A stretch of 64,000 nucleotides of DNA from a virus (lineage: Duplodnaviria > Caudoviricetes), in IMG/VR virus record IMGVR_UViG_3300033073_001635, positions 32,001 to 96,000 of that record, one strand, 5' to 3'. Numbering within the stretch: position 1 is the first letter of the stretch; every line of letters starts with the position of its first letter. The position numbers and the translations under genes were made by a program. This document shows positions 41,201 through 48,616 of this stretch, one piece after another. The notes below the pieces were generated by a model that saw only the letters and a list, made by a program, of their open reading frames with translations, made no database searches and was not told the DNA's origin.

Positions 41201-41936
41201 TATTCACATTCTTTTGCGCACTAAAAGTTTCGAATGGATTAGTGATAGTTACATTTCCACCATTATTAGTTCTTCGAGAGCTAGTAGATATTAAATGTGC
41301 AACACTAGAATTTTTTTGATGTAAACTAACATATTTTTCTTCGAGCGTTTTATTACTTCTAATTGAATCTAAAAAACCTGCTATATCTGCTTTGTCAGCA
41401 TCACTCATTCTAGAAGAATCTTCAATTGCACCTCGAACCTTTGTTATTAATTTAGCTTTAGCTTCTTCATCTAAAGCTAAATCAGGATCATTAACCATAT
41501 CTAATATAACTGATAAATGACTAATTCTTTGATTTTCTTTTGCAGCTAAAATTTCATCTAATTTTGATCGAGCATCTACAGTAGCCATTTCATCAAATAA
41601 ATTAAGTGTAACTTCTTTTGCTTTCTCTTTTGCTAAAGCATTTCTAGCTTGATAATCACTAATTGATCTATCTCTAATAGCTTTACCAATTTTTCTAGTA
41701 GGTAATGCAGTGTCTTCCTTTATCCCACTAGAATTCATAAAATTAGTTAAATTTCTAACACCAGGAATAGGGTTCTTCATATTAGGATTATCATTTGCAA
41801 ATCCTAAGTAACCTGCACCTAAAACAAAAGAAGCACCACCAATAGTTTTTAAAACATCAAAACTATTTCTTGCAAAAGCTCTACGTTCTTCTGTGTCTTT
41901 TTTATAAACATTATAAATTAAACTTGGATTTGTCAT
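32268..41936 (-). CDS. Giant virion protein with a single-chain two-barrel RNA polymerase signature (candidate virion RNA polymerase)
   Basis: 3222 aa. GDFDGD at 33585..33602 (aa 2779-2784); FRNPQL (R1354); ILAGRMSGSAT (R1236); EGKIFSEAVKGV (K757, K764); hydrophobic Gly/Ala segments at both termini; lies between the tape-measure-like gene and the baseplate genes. Confidence 0.75.
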   Translation of the reverse strand: MTNPSLIYNVYKKDTEERRAFARNSFDVLKTIGGASFVLGAGYLGFANDNPNMKNPIPGVRNLTNFMNSSGIKEDTALPTRKIGKAIRDRSISDYQARNALAKEKAKEVTLNLFDEMATVDARSKLDEILAAKENQRISHLSVILDMVNDPDLALDEEAKAKLITKVRGAIEDSSRMSDADKADIAGFLDSIRSNKTLEEKYVSLHQKNSSVAHLISTSSRRTNNGGNVTITNPFETFSAQKNVNTIYHKQNLTASSLQDDQLWSIFKGKSNEVKNTVLNRFNIISDHLRLGNNNPNFKVSFDIIKEANEDAYGVYARISSTHNRSSKQPLIIPLMAAEGTHGRYVRLSSDYGNAKVAHNHYFDAADFAEVSKGANLAEKQKIARNIFAKKMPKSSFEDFAINLLKTYSPEDIHYMNQAERNSFMEVLSGLTQYYPTHGQMNFGYAGIQQKHGIQIMSNTAYFFNRGKTGGQFPVDLNELVSLNIGIFGPAQGQAGTIRKELKSTSFEQQAVILDPNAILGRQNVSNPAVIPYNIARTHGIKDQSLLPGSARIAQLFAKPEAMLGYFPANTKFETFEDMQRGMQSLSFGRTGSIKTSATKGADLLVVGKEFQNLDLVGANTGVIIDFNSNAKKGQRLGLADAMQYRGGMHLVSEPLQKSFQYTKGMTNLSIYESDVFQKILAGEEVNLFGSELETFFKNYGDKDGNLVLGFKDNMPTLIKKQKGMMGLKLKMNTNVNTERTGMFSIAGEVYGSHEGKIFSEAVKGVFFGEEQILDEGGMKNVLAQALYKKDPVTGKFINREAAMQEASRFFENTYMKTFGGKIESTMLAGMDVVTKGPQFLSSLLYGSLKMLGYADDFIESNVFNMQGKIEAAEMDTKVKQHAPKYQKIVAENIIETFSNLIADNAELPTASGATAQQVTPEVLGNLLIPAYHNLKEPATEPGKKAVAFKDQLKGLLANTRLTAEQQKVVFETAERGFFIGAMSTFAGTQSTINKDRMARVEPRFANFVMGNLMGMFQMNEDEAAEYMAELFSKQSGVAEKAQAMTPLLLMGQSLHPSMDAGALKHSIDDFVGQGYLFRADEEFTKKFLRANVDIDSATALSNFLKEQQELNPQAMGFVMDIQQMFLRGVEGNENINTAAYQSFLKQIGETKTEIVVPLSNVLDVVSGVEIKSNQKDLKIESELYRKVNDIFAFLREASTSTEEVDQTNKVNQAMYHVKQLQHMLGGMQRQILAGRMSGSATLEGKGVRLGDPEKDQITRFVSDDLDNAKILQKMNAAFIESNGYNMFLDTQAFMYASKTFNAQDPTEKRELYKKFLFGMEEDVLQISDGTMRIVNSLENGSFKPQGISGINFRNPQLGMSHIALNIDMYKYIGENLPESHYSDVLNYNTKGQIFLSSLSEFMGNNSAFRDKIIQNGGEDVINYIDQSIQSAADSGNNFSFLNFKTLNVLNQLNKTGIFKDLSFDFQKTTMEYLTNKRNKIESNVSNLNERIFNLQTAYQRNVKGIENTLNSNLISSYENLQERIAKARFFSNQKQQKQERLAGNIQQKQDFIQTLRQQRSEMFKGNFSYTRINKDTNVEESVDRVGKGFLNYYKQKSSNIKDIKNDRNRRLQAGRLLGKDSRYAYNSLNPNMILDSTGTSFENVGDQIKRTDALDRYYRGYGYDNTYEEAIIKNYREIDLQSHRLKLLLTQSKRSKSNLEKLNKQRDFQKVIINSFGGHEEEILSQIEVLHQSGKNKGKPMLDKFGKPVYKTQTEKFLNLTIIHPDFPITNKEILETFGSHEFYNRTKIEEFNKVFESMKDTMQSDEANAFFKNKKARLNLFDFLYEMNNSDLSFEERTQLENKGLGRARVAKRFIPFIDSLDDDAQKVFYEHDGSDFLKDSEGNKIRKIITFDRESKTVTRNGKERTYSGFNYIKYNIENIDENGNLIDYADPNDPNKTIVKYISDKNKQVSVNSKTVYTYLENYIQQLSSDPTEHSDLNDNPIYKAFFKIFNYKKMNEKASSINKEIKTLQEAYAHFGYSPALAEDVIQKGLNRFLNDSKLYRESLKENLNLKRPISPTEINSQAISDIFALQDFGLQQNRTLGVDTDQLDLLELPRFLHEVKDDFAELLFTSDYLRRDVSNNFTAMTYDENGKLIPFSKLHKQEKKKAIESLFSFVKTLMEDPDVPTTNHFHATSMLFDLLENLKEGKYQDQITNTSNSEAKIQEFTLKKQFVESMIQGKTKGANNFVNSMLYYAQSIIPKMLIREEQEIYQARKDFLQSFFSDEYDYHVVDDEGKFVRNITDSDEDKALIKAFQDNLKQNPDQTTFGKISATRLMKPFEELDDDQKEFYKNHLENKVEEALGEKQKKALSKVKIIKGYELGPDGKPDKTKPTYHDESKQYSTLEELDEDISKYEAEERTKYKVGRINKNAQLIKEEEEKLATLQEKAKEARREKFNIDSSIDELENNGLSRKTSANFYYEELASDFDEYDTDGNIIKKGELKNLAIDTEGNVILDSEGKPTYVNALDDMGMPITSRQPETFLGKSDIILGLEAFTEEEEINLTKYNQETGESEIVYKTNYDPETGTHIPTDEPERITVKKVNKDLLKNFIRAHNYFTEMDELIYDDFYHEEDEAYYVEHDDVRTKQEQLLEKVKNNEDNLLQKLDDFEQGDSQRLLYKPILRSPRNMDLTTLEQNEKIEKLQGFIEEENVKISEIDNKIANIDLTEEKQYHSLDDIINEAVDLYDQNYTRATGLGAGRAVYPEFETTFKFENTKDPSNTFDIKVRTDISRAAVGDFDGDIYQIILNNEKTSNAFKGQIQRNIREMQKTGAMMVVNMEIAKKAMSKVAERMDVANITYQDLLKSESSKERILKAGTGSVDVAVKKVAVGAAYNLAKGNMNLNDFRKTDLAAQLLISASQESVVIKSKSLDLATNIGELFTKTLNTAFETGDTTDFENFMRGTVFKDTDFLNDLIVKNVSVENMPEPLASAYTEGLNKERITFNLDDIFEGLRNIIKTVKANNLSPYASDNMLGALMSAGKNKRFTNEDYLKLVRNFDVLEAAVGSQGLSTPEQQALFENLLGNRQSNVLNMIGDNIANLSNMKMTAATAAVVGASYLLSSSYDTEELRPEEIFTDTRVNEKIKNRELAQVQNYNSDVSMSPDSMQRPFYKDMVGRVQSPGSTMLARNQSYLIKGNVRNIEEANYMNKIALQNGGSSSIMINDNRRPLTGGYLDQLMGE

Positions 41937-41939
41937 TTA

Positions 41940-44900
41940 TCAGTATCCACTTCTATAAGAATTAATGAATGCATTTATTTCATTTTGTCTATCATCGTTA
42001 TACATCAATTGTGTTCTATTTTGAAAATCACTTGTTGTATTTACAGTAAAATTACTATTTAATCTTTCATATGGGTTTGCATATCTTAACAAACTATCAA
42101 CCATACCTCTATTTGAAAAAGACTCTTCATACATAAATTCATGTGCTTTATTTAAAGCATGATGTCTTTTTACACGTCTAGCTTGAGAATCCCAAAGATC
42201 ATAATCTCTCATTTCGTCCCCTAAAGAAGCAACATAATTTACTTTTATATCATTTATATCTACTTCTTTATTCCAACCAACCCAATCAGGTTCAGGCATA
42301 GGATATTCTCCCATATCTAAGTTAGAATATTGTTCTTGTAGATATCGCTCATCATATCTTGGTTTTTCTTCAATCAAAGAAGTAGGATCTATACCTGCAT
42401 CAAGATTACTCCATAATCCTTGATACAAGTGCTGTTGATCTTCTGGAATCATTTCCAAAATTCTATCTCGCTCAGATCCTTGTGCATTTGCAAATGCATC
42501 AAAAAATTTCTTTTCTTCACTAGGCAAAGACATATAGATACTTAAAGGATCACCATAGGGATTTACACCAGCTCTAGTTTTGGCTGCTTGTGCTAACATT
42601 TGTTTCTTCTCATACATGCTGCCAGCCTGTTGAGAAAGATTCATGAATTTGTAAAAATTCAATTGATCATATTGTTTAGACAGTGCTTCTCTATTTTCAA
42701 CATATCCTGGCTTACCTTCCCAGCCTAAAGCATTCAATCCTGAATAAAATGCGGGTCTAACCCAATCTCTAATTGGTTTATCCCAAAAAGCTAATTGAGT
42801 ACCATACAACCTTTCATACTCATATTGATCAATTGCATCTCTCTCTCCACCAAGTAATTTTTGTGCAGGTCTAAAACCAAAAGGAACAACAGATTCAACA
42901 GGTTGTGCTATCGTTCTAATACCTTCTTTTAATTGATAATAACCTGCTTGAGTTACATCTGATAAAACAGGTATTTTTATTTGATTCTCGTAACCTTTAA
43001 ATTCTTGCATGCCTAATACTTTAGCATGAGATTCCGCAACCATATCCATTAAATTGTTTTCAAATTCACTAGTGATTCCAGCAGCTCTTCTTTCATAAAG
43101 TTGATTTCTTAATTTAACAACTTCTCTAGAAGTAGGGTCTACATCTGCTAATATTTTATATTTAAATACATCAGGATAATCTTCTGGTTCAAATCCTTCT
43201 AGTACTGGAAATACAGCTTCAAAACCTTCACCAGGTAATCTAGCATAGGCATTTTGTATTTTTGTATATGGGTCGCCTCTTCTAAATTTATCAGGCATCC
43301 ATGATGGCATAGTATTACTGATTGGATTATATTGTTCTATTTCTTTTTTTGGTCTTGGATACAAACGTCTAAGTGCTTCAGACATAAACATCATACCCCC
43401 AAGATCTTTGTCCCAAAAAGCCGCAATTGAAGAATCTATTTGATTAGCACTAGCTAATACAGGATAATCTGTTCCATATATTTCTCTTCCGGTAACTGCT
43501 TTCTGAACCATATTTTTAACCCAACCAGTTAAACCTTCAAGTTCTCTAAATTGATATTGAATTTTACCAGGAAGTAATTTTCCTTCATAAGGTGAAATTG
43601 GTGGACCATTTGGTGTAGTACCACCAATTTCTCTTGTAGTACCAACTTCAGGAGGATAATAATATTCTAATTCATTATTATCATTTACACGCATATATTC
43701 ATTAGCATGCATTATCTTTGCTGGTTTTATTAAACGACCAATAGTATGAGCCAGAATGGGTCCAAGAATAGGAACATTTTCAAAAGCAACACCAGTAATA
43801 GGATAAGGTCTATCATAAAAATGTTTTTCTTCTAAATGATAAGTAAAGTTTTTTAAGAACCATTTAGATATAGGATTGTATTGTTCGTCTTCTTCTCCCC
43901 AAATAGATTTTTCTTCTGCTCTAGTCATTAATAAATGATATGCATGTGGTCTTGAATATAAGACATCAGAACCTTCATAAGGCAAGCCACCACCTTCCCA
44001 GAATCTACCCTTTCTAACATCAACAAATTTATTACCACTATATATCTCTTTTAATTCCCCTGGATTTTCCATTGTACCTAAAAGACTACCTGTCATTACT
44101 GAATGTAATAAGAAACCCCCAGCAAAAACAGTACCTAGTCTTCTAAAAAATGGAGTGTAATCAATTGATCTTGCAAGAGTATCAAATTCATCACCTTGCA
44201 TAGTTGCACCTTGCATTGCATGATAAAACTCAGTAGCAAATATCTCCATTCTTTCCATAATAGGTGCAAAAAGACTTTTACTGTTTAAATATGAAGCTTT
44301 AATACTTTCAACTCTATTCAATAAAGAGTAGTTCAAAAAATTCTTAGTATTTTGTCTATCGTATACTCTTGTTTTTATTAAATTATGGATTTCATTATCA
44401 AAATCTAGTCTTCTGGATCTTGCTGTAATATCATCTTCGTTATTAAAAAATTCTTCAGTAATTATTTTAAAAAAATTATTTAAAAGGTTACTTTTACCAG
44501 TAGTTTCCATATTAACTGAAGAATATTCACCTACTCTACTATTTAAAATATCAAAGTATCTTTTAAATACTGGAGATGTTCTTAATAAATTTTGTTTATT
44601 TGCTTTTAATGTTTCTAGTTCTTTATTTAAAGTTTCAATTTTACTTGCATCAGTAGGATTTACTTTAGAAATTACTTCATTTAAATTTTTAATTTGAGAA
44701 TTTAAATTTTTAAAATTAGATTGTAAATCACTTAAACCTTCTATTTTATCTTGGTTTTGAAAAAATGTACCAAATATAGGATTGTACTTTTCAAATATTT
44801 CTGATTCAGTTTCGTAAAATAATTCTTTCAAAAGATTAAAATGTTCAGTCTTTTTATCTGCACCAAGTATCAACCCCTTTTTATTTCGATACATATCTAT

Positions 44901-46424
44901 CATGTTTCCAGTTGTTAAATCTGGAACTTGCATAAAACCATATCTATTTAAAAATTTTTTAGGTAGTAAAGGTTTTGATTTTTCATCTAATAATCTATCT
45001 CTAAGGATATTAGAGTATGCTAACCCAACAGTAGCCAAACCTACACCAATACCAATTGATGGATCAGTAAATCCTGGAAGTAATCCTTCAATACCTCTTC
45101 TATAAAAACTCATACCAGTAGCTAATCCAAGATAACTTCTACCAACGTCTAAAGATGTAAACATAGTAGCTATACCTGGTACCAAACCTTCACTAAAGCC
45201 AGGTAACATTTGCATACCAAATGCAGCAATACCAATTTGTAAAGGTTTAAATTTTCTGGTTGCTGCTTCAGTCACAGAACCATACAAATGACTAGCTCCA
45301 TAAGCTAAAGCACTACTTATAATTAAATGACTTGGAGTATCAAATTTTCTTCTATAATGATCTATTGTTTCCAACCCTAAATAAGCTGCAGATAAAGCAG
45401 TAGCTTTAGCACCTAAAGAAAAAAATTGTTTATATGCTGGGCCAGGTGTAGTTCTTAAATTCAAATGTAATTTATCAGCAACCTTACCAACAAAATCTCC
45501 AAGTACAGGCACTTGATCAGCAGTAGCAGATAAAAGCCTATTGAATCTGTTAAAACCAAAATTTAAATAAGAAGTTAAATATGCAGTGCGTCTTTTTAAA
45601 TCAGGTATACTTTCTAATGAACCTCCAATTGATGGAATTAAAGAAAATTTAGCTGCACTCTTAATATTTCCATGTGCGTCTACTTCTGAAAATATCTTAT
45701 TGAGTGCGCCTTCTTTTTGTGGAAGTTTACTTGGTATTTCTAAACTTTGTTGCACAGCTACATTTGCTGGATTTGGTTTTTGTTCAATATCAGCTGAAGT
45801 TAAAATATCATAAGCGTCTGCATTATAACCTCTAAACATCAACATAACTTCATCAGAAACTAACTCTTGATGTATTAATTCTTTTTGTGCATTAAAAGAA
45901 CGTAAAAATAATTTACCCCTACCAGTATTGTCTAATTCTTGTTCGTATCGAAGTTCATGATTAATATCAACTGTTGGAATATCTATTTTATTTGCAATTT
46001 TTTGATAAGCTTTTTCTCCTAGAATTTCTTTTAAAGCAACTTTCGTTTCGTTATTATCAAAATGTTTTTGTTGAAAAGTGTATTGACCAATTTGTTTTTT
46101 ATTAGATGCATCTACACTGCGTTCTACACCTAAACCTAAACCTTTAGGTGACATATATGGTGACATAAACTCTGGAATACGGAAAGTATTAAGTACGCCA
46201 AAAGTAAAAGGCAAAGTATTAAGTGTATTGCGCAATTGTTTTTGAACTAAATCATACGCAGTGTTTTTACCTTGAGCTAAATTGTATTGCGAAAGTTTTT
46301 TTGCTCCAAAATAACCAGCTACATAAACTGAATTTTCTACTAAAAATTCAAATAAGAAACTATTTTCTGGAGGCGTACCTTCAGCGGTAAAGTAACCTCT
46401 ACCACGACCTTCTGCTTGTTGCAT
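41940..46424 (-). CDS. Tape-measure-like / ejected virion protein with several hydrophobic segments
   Basis: 1494 aa directly after the chaperone-like genes; several Gly/Ala-rich hydrophobic helices; C-terminal half with VRKGRFWEGG, RPYP and GDPYTK...RLPGEG motifs. Confidence 0.6.
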   Translation of the reverse strand: MQQAEGRGRGYFTAEGTPPENSFLFEFLVENSVYVAGYFGAKKLSQYNLAQGKNTAYDLVQKQLRNTLNTLPFTFGVLNTFRIPEFMSPYMSPKGLGLGVERSVDASNKKQIGQYTFQQKHFDNNETKVALKEILGEKAYQKIANKIDIPTVDINHELRYEQELDNTGRGKLFLRSFNAQKELIHQELVSDEVMLMFRGYNADAYDILTSADIEQKPNPANVAVQQSLEIPSKLPQKEGALNKIFSEVDAHGNIKSAAKFSLIPSIGGSLESIPDLKRRTAYLTSYLNFGFNRFNRLLSATADQVPVLGDFVGKVADKLHLNLRTTPGPAYKQFFSLGAKATALSAAYLGLETIDHYRRKFDTPSHLIISSALAYGASHLYGSVTEAATRKFKPLQIGIAAFGMQMLPGFSEGLVPGIATMFTSLDVGRSYLGLATGMSFYRRGIEGLLPGFTDPSIGIGVGLATVGLAYSNILRDRLLDEKSKPLLPKKFLNRYGFMQVPDLTTGNMIDMYRNKKGLILGADKKTEHFNLLKELFYETESEIFEKYNPIFGTFFQNQDKIEGLSDLQSNFKNLNSQIKNLNEVISKVNPTDASKIETLNKELETLKANKQNLLRTSPVFKRYFDILNSRVGEYSSVNMETTGKSNLLNNFFKIITEEFFNNEDDITARSRRLDFDNEIHNLIKTRVYDRQNTKNFLNYSLLNRVESIKASYLNSKSLFAPIMERMEIFATEFYHAMQGATMQGDEFDTLARSIDYTPFFRRLGTVFAGGFLLHSVMTGSLLGTMENPGELKEIYSGNKFVDVRKGRFWEGGGLPYEGSDVLYSRPHAYHLLMTRAEEKSIWGEEDEQYNPISKWFLKNFTYHLEEKHFYDRPYPITGVAFENVPILGPILAHTIGRLIKPAKIMHANEYMRVNDNNELEYYYPPEVGTTREIGGTTPNGPPISPYEGKLLPGKIQYQFRELEGLTGWVKNMVQKAVTGREIYGTDYPVLASANQIDSSIAAFWDKDLGGMMFMSEALRRLYPRPKKEIEQYNPISNTMPSWMPDKFRRGDPYTKIQNAYARLPGEGFEAVFPVLEGFEPEDYPDVFKYKILADVDPTSREVVKLRNQLYERRAAGITSEFENNLMDMVAESHAKVLGMQEFKGYENQIKIPVLSDVTQAGYYQLKEGIRTIAQPVESVVPFGFRPAQKLLGGERDAIDQYEYERLYGTQLAFWDKPIRDWVRPAFYSGLNALGWEGKPGYVENREALSKQYDQLNFYKFMNLSQQAGSMYEKKQMLAQAAKTRAGVNPYGDPLSIYMSLPSEEKKFFDAFANAQGSERDRILEMIPEDQQHLYQGLWSNLDAGIDPTSLIEEKPRYDERYLQEQYSNLDMGEYPMPEPDWVGWNKEVDINDIKVNYVASLGDEMRDYDLWDSQARRVKRHHALNKAHEFMYEESFSNRGMVDSLLRYANPYERLNSNFTVNTTSDFQNRTQLMYNDDRQNEINAFINSYRSGY

Positions 46425-46426
46425 TA

Positions 46427-47140
46427 TTAACCCCGTTTATGTCTAGCGTCTAATTCTCTTAACATTTTTAATTTTAATTCTTCTTCTCGTTCTTTTCTAT
46501 ATTTTTCTTCAGCTTCTTGCTTTTCCCAATAACCAACTGAACTTTCCAAAGTAGACATATCAGAAGCAACAGCACTTACATCAATATTACTATGTACAAT
46601 CTCTTTTTCCTTCTCTTTTTCTTTAGGTGGTGAATTTACAGAATCATATAGAGCTTTTAAATCTAAGCGTTTAAAATTAGGTGTTGTTTTTGTCATTACA
46701 TTTTCTGCAACAACAAATAGCTCAACAAATTCATCTTGAGTCATTTGTTCAATTTCAGATAATTTATATGATTTAAAAACATTTAATATAACTGAACGCA
46801 TATGCTCATAAACAGTGCCTAAACTATTCTTTTTTCTGACTTTAGCTATTTTAAATAGAATATCAGTTTGCTTTTCTTCAGTACTTAATTTTAAAGCTAA
46901 TTGACCAATAGTTATTAAATAACCAATTGGTGTTTTTTCGCTTAAATAAGATGTATCTCCAATATATACTAATTTAAATATTTCTTCATATAAAATTAAA
47001 GGCATCATACTTTTGCTTTCCATAATACCAATAAAGATTTTGCTTTCCTTAATAGTAAGATTCCTAAATACAAAACTTTGTTTTCCAAAGTTAATTTTAT
47101 AATAAGTATGATTTGATTTAATTCTATCTAAAAAGTTCAT
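46427..47140 (-). CDS. Tail assembly chaperone-like protein (paralog 2, with C-terminal extension)
   Basis: 237 aa; FVFRNLTIKE...EEIFK...PIGYLITI parallels the upstream chaperone; position just before the tape-measure-like gene. Confidence 0.55.
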   Translation of the reverse strand: MNFLDRIKSNHTYYKINFGKQSFVFRNLTIKESKIFIGIMESKSMMPLILYEEIFKLVYIGDTSYLSEKTPIGYLITIGQLALKLSTEEKQTDILFKIAKVRKKNSLGTVYEHMRSVILNVFKSYKLSEIEQMTQDEFVELFVVAENVMTKTTPNFKRLDLKALYDSVNSPPKEKEKEKEIVHSNIDVSAVASDMSTLESSVGYWEKQEAEEKYRKEREEELKLKMLRELDARHKRG

Positions 47141-47141
47141 T

Positions 47142-48161
47142 TTATAATTGTGCAGTTAAAAGCATTGCTTGTTGAGGAGTTAAAAATCCGCTATTTAAAA
47201 GAATCATTTGATAGAGAGAATCAATTACACCAGCCTTACAGTTTTCAACCCATTTTGTATCTAGCTTTGGATACAAAACACAACCAACGCAAACTTTTTC
47301 TTTTAATTTTTCTTCGACTTCATCGGATTGTTCTGGATCTAATTTAGACATAATGTCTTTAATTGTACGCCATTGTTTTCTAGTCAGATGATGATATACA
47401 TATACATCGTCTTGACCAAAAGCCATAACATGTACACCTGATTGACCATATTCATCTTTCCAAATTTTAATTTGATTAACAGTTGGAGCATCAGGTCTGT
47501 TTTCAAGTAATTCAAAAATTTGTTGTTTCATCATAACTTCGGGATTTTCATTTTGACCAGAAGTTTGATTTGCTAAAGATTCTAATTCATCGTCTAAATT
47601 CATTGTTAACTCTCTTTGGATTTCTAATTTTTTGTATAGTGGCGGGATAGCCTTTTCAAATAAGATACTATATTTTTCTAAAATATCAAGTGGTATCTGT
47701 TCATACTTATACAACTGTTCTAACTTTAATTTTTCTAAAGTAACTTTGTACATAGGAATTTTAAAATAAAAATCTTTTGTACATAAATCAAAAGTGTCAA
47801 TAAACTCTTGAAAAATAGTGTCTTTATTTACACGATTTTTCGTGTAAATATTTACATTGTTTTCTGGCAAGTTATTGACACTTTCCGTTTCAGTAGATTG
47901 CATTTTTTTAAGTTGCAATCTACTAGGTTTTGCAGGTATTTCTTTTACAGAATTAACCTGTGTTTGAATTTTCAATTCTCTTTGAATCTTTTCAAGCAAA
48001 GCTTTTTCTTCTAATTCTGCTTGAATAAAAGCTTCTTTAGGAATTGCCTTTAAAATAACATCTGCAGTTGGAGAATTTCTTCTTAAAGCATTTAATGCTT
48101 TTTCGTTTAATTCGTCTCCAAATAAAACATACCCTCTTTCATCCATTAAACCTTTTGGCAT
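47142..48161 (-). CDS. Tail assembly chaperone-like protein (paralog 1); possible internal start at 47603
   Basis: C-terminal domain QIKIWKDEYG...YVYHHLTRKQW...CVLYP...AGVIDSLYQMILLNSGF; position after the tube genes. Confidence 0.6.
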   Translation of the reverse strand: MPKGLMDERGYVLFGDELNEKALNALRRNSPTADVILKAIPKEAFIQAELEEKALLEKIQRELKIQTQVNSVKEIPAKPSRLQLKKMQSTETESVNNLPENNVNIYTKNRVNKDTIFQEFIDTFDLCTKDFYFKIPMYKVTLEKLKLEQLYKYEQIPLDILEKYSILFEKAIPPLYKKLEIQRELTMNLDDELESLANQTSGQNENPEVMMKQQIFELLENRPDAPTVNQIKIWKDEYGQSGVHVMAFGQDDVYVYHHLTRKQWRTIKDIMSKLDPEQSDEVEEKLKEKVCVGCVLYPKLDTKWVENCKAGVIDSLYQMILLNSGFLTPQQAMLLTAQL

Positions 48162-48184
48162 TATTAATAATCCTATTCTTTTTA

Positions 48185-48616
48185 TTAATCTATATGTTCT
48201 ATTTCTCTACCAATAAAATTATATTCAGTCAAGATAACATTATCATCTATTTGAATAGATTGTCCATGACCCATAATAAAGCAATTTTTTAATTTCATTT
48301 TTTTTGAACTACTGCAATCCATCCAAAATTCAATAGTAATATCAAAAAAATCTATTTGAGAAAAATCAATATTTGAACCTGCTTTGACTTCAGAATAAAC
48401 ATCATTAGGAGATTTAAAATTAATAACAAATCTTCCTTGAACAATATGTTTGCCTTCTAAAACTGCATCAAATTTATTCGAATAGTAAGAGTATACAGGT
48501 TGTTTTGAATAAGTTACTTGATAAGATACACCAACTGCATCTATTTCATTATTATTAATTAATAATTTAATATTCGCACCAGAAAAATACTCATATGAAT
48601 AATTATCAGTTGTCAT
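48185..48616 (-). CDS. Tail tube-like protein (paralog 3)
   Basis: YFSGANI...VSYQV...KQPVY...G...VQGRFVINF...QSIQIDD...EYNFIGR; same pattern as 49364..50104. Confidence 0.7.
   Translation of the reverse strand: MTTDNYSYEYFSGANIKLLINNNEIDAVGVSYQVTYSKQPVYSYYSNKFDAVLEGKHIVQGRFVINFKSPNDVYSEVKAGSNIDFSQIDFFDITIEFWMDCSSSKKMKLKNCFIMGHGQSIQIDDNVILTEYNFIGREIEHID

Noticed and set aside
47140-47200. Programmed -1 frameshift between the chaperone-like genes
   Set aside because: GGATTTTTA is not a canonical X XXY YYZ heptamer, and the downstream gene has its own ATG and a full paralogous domain
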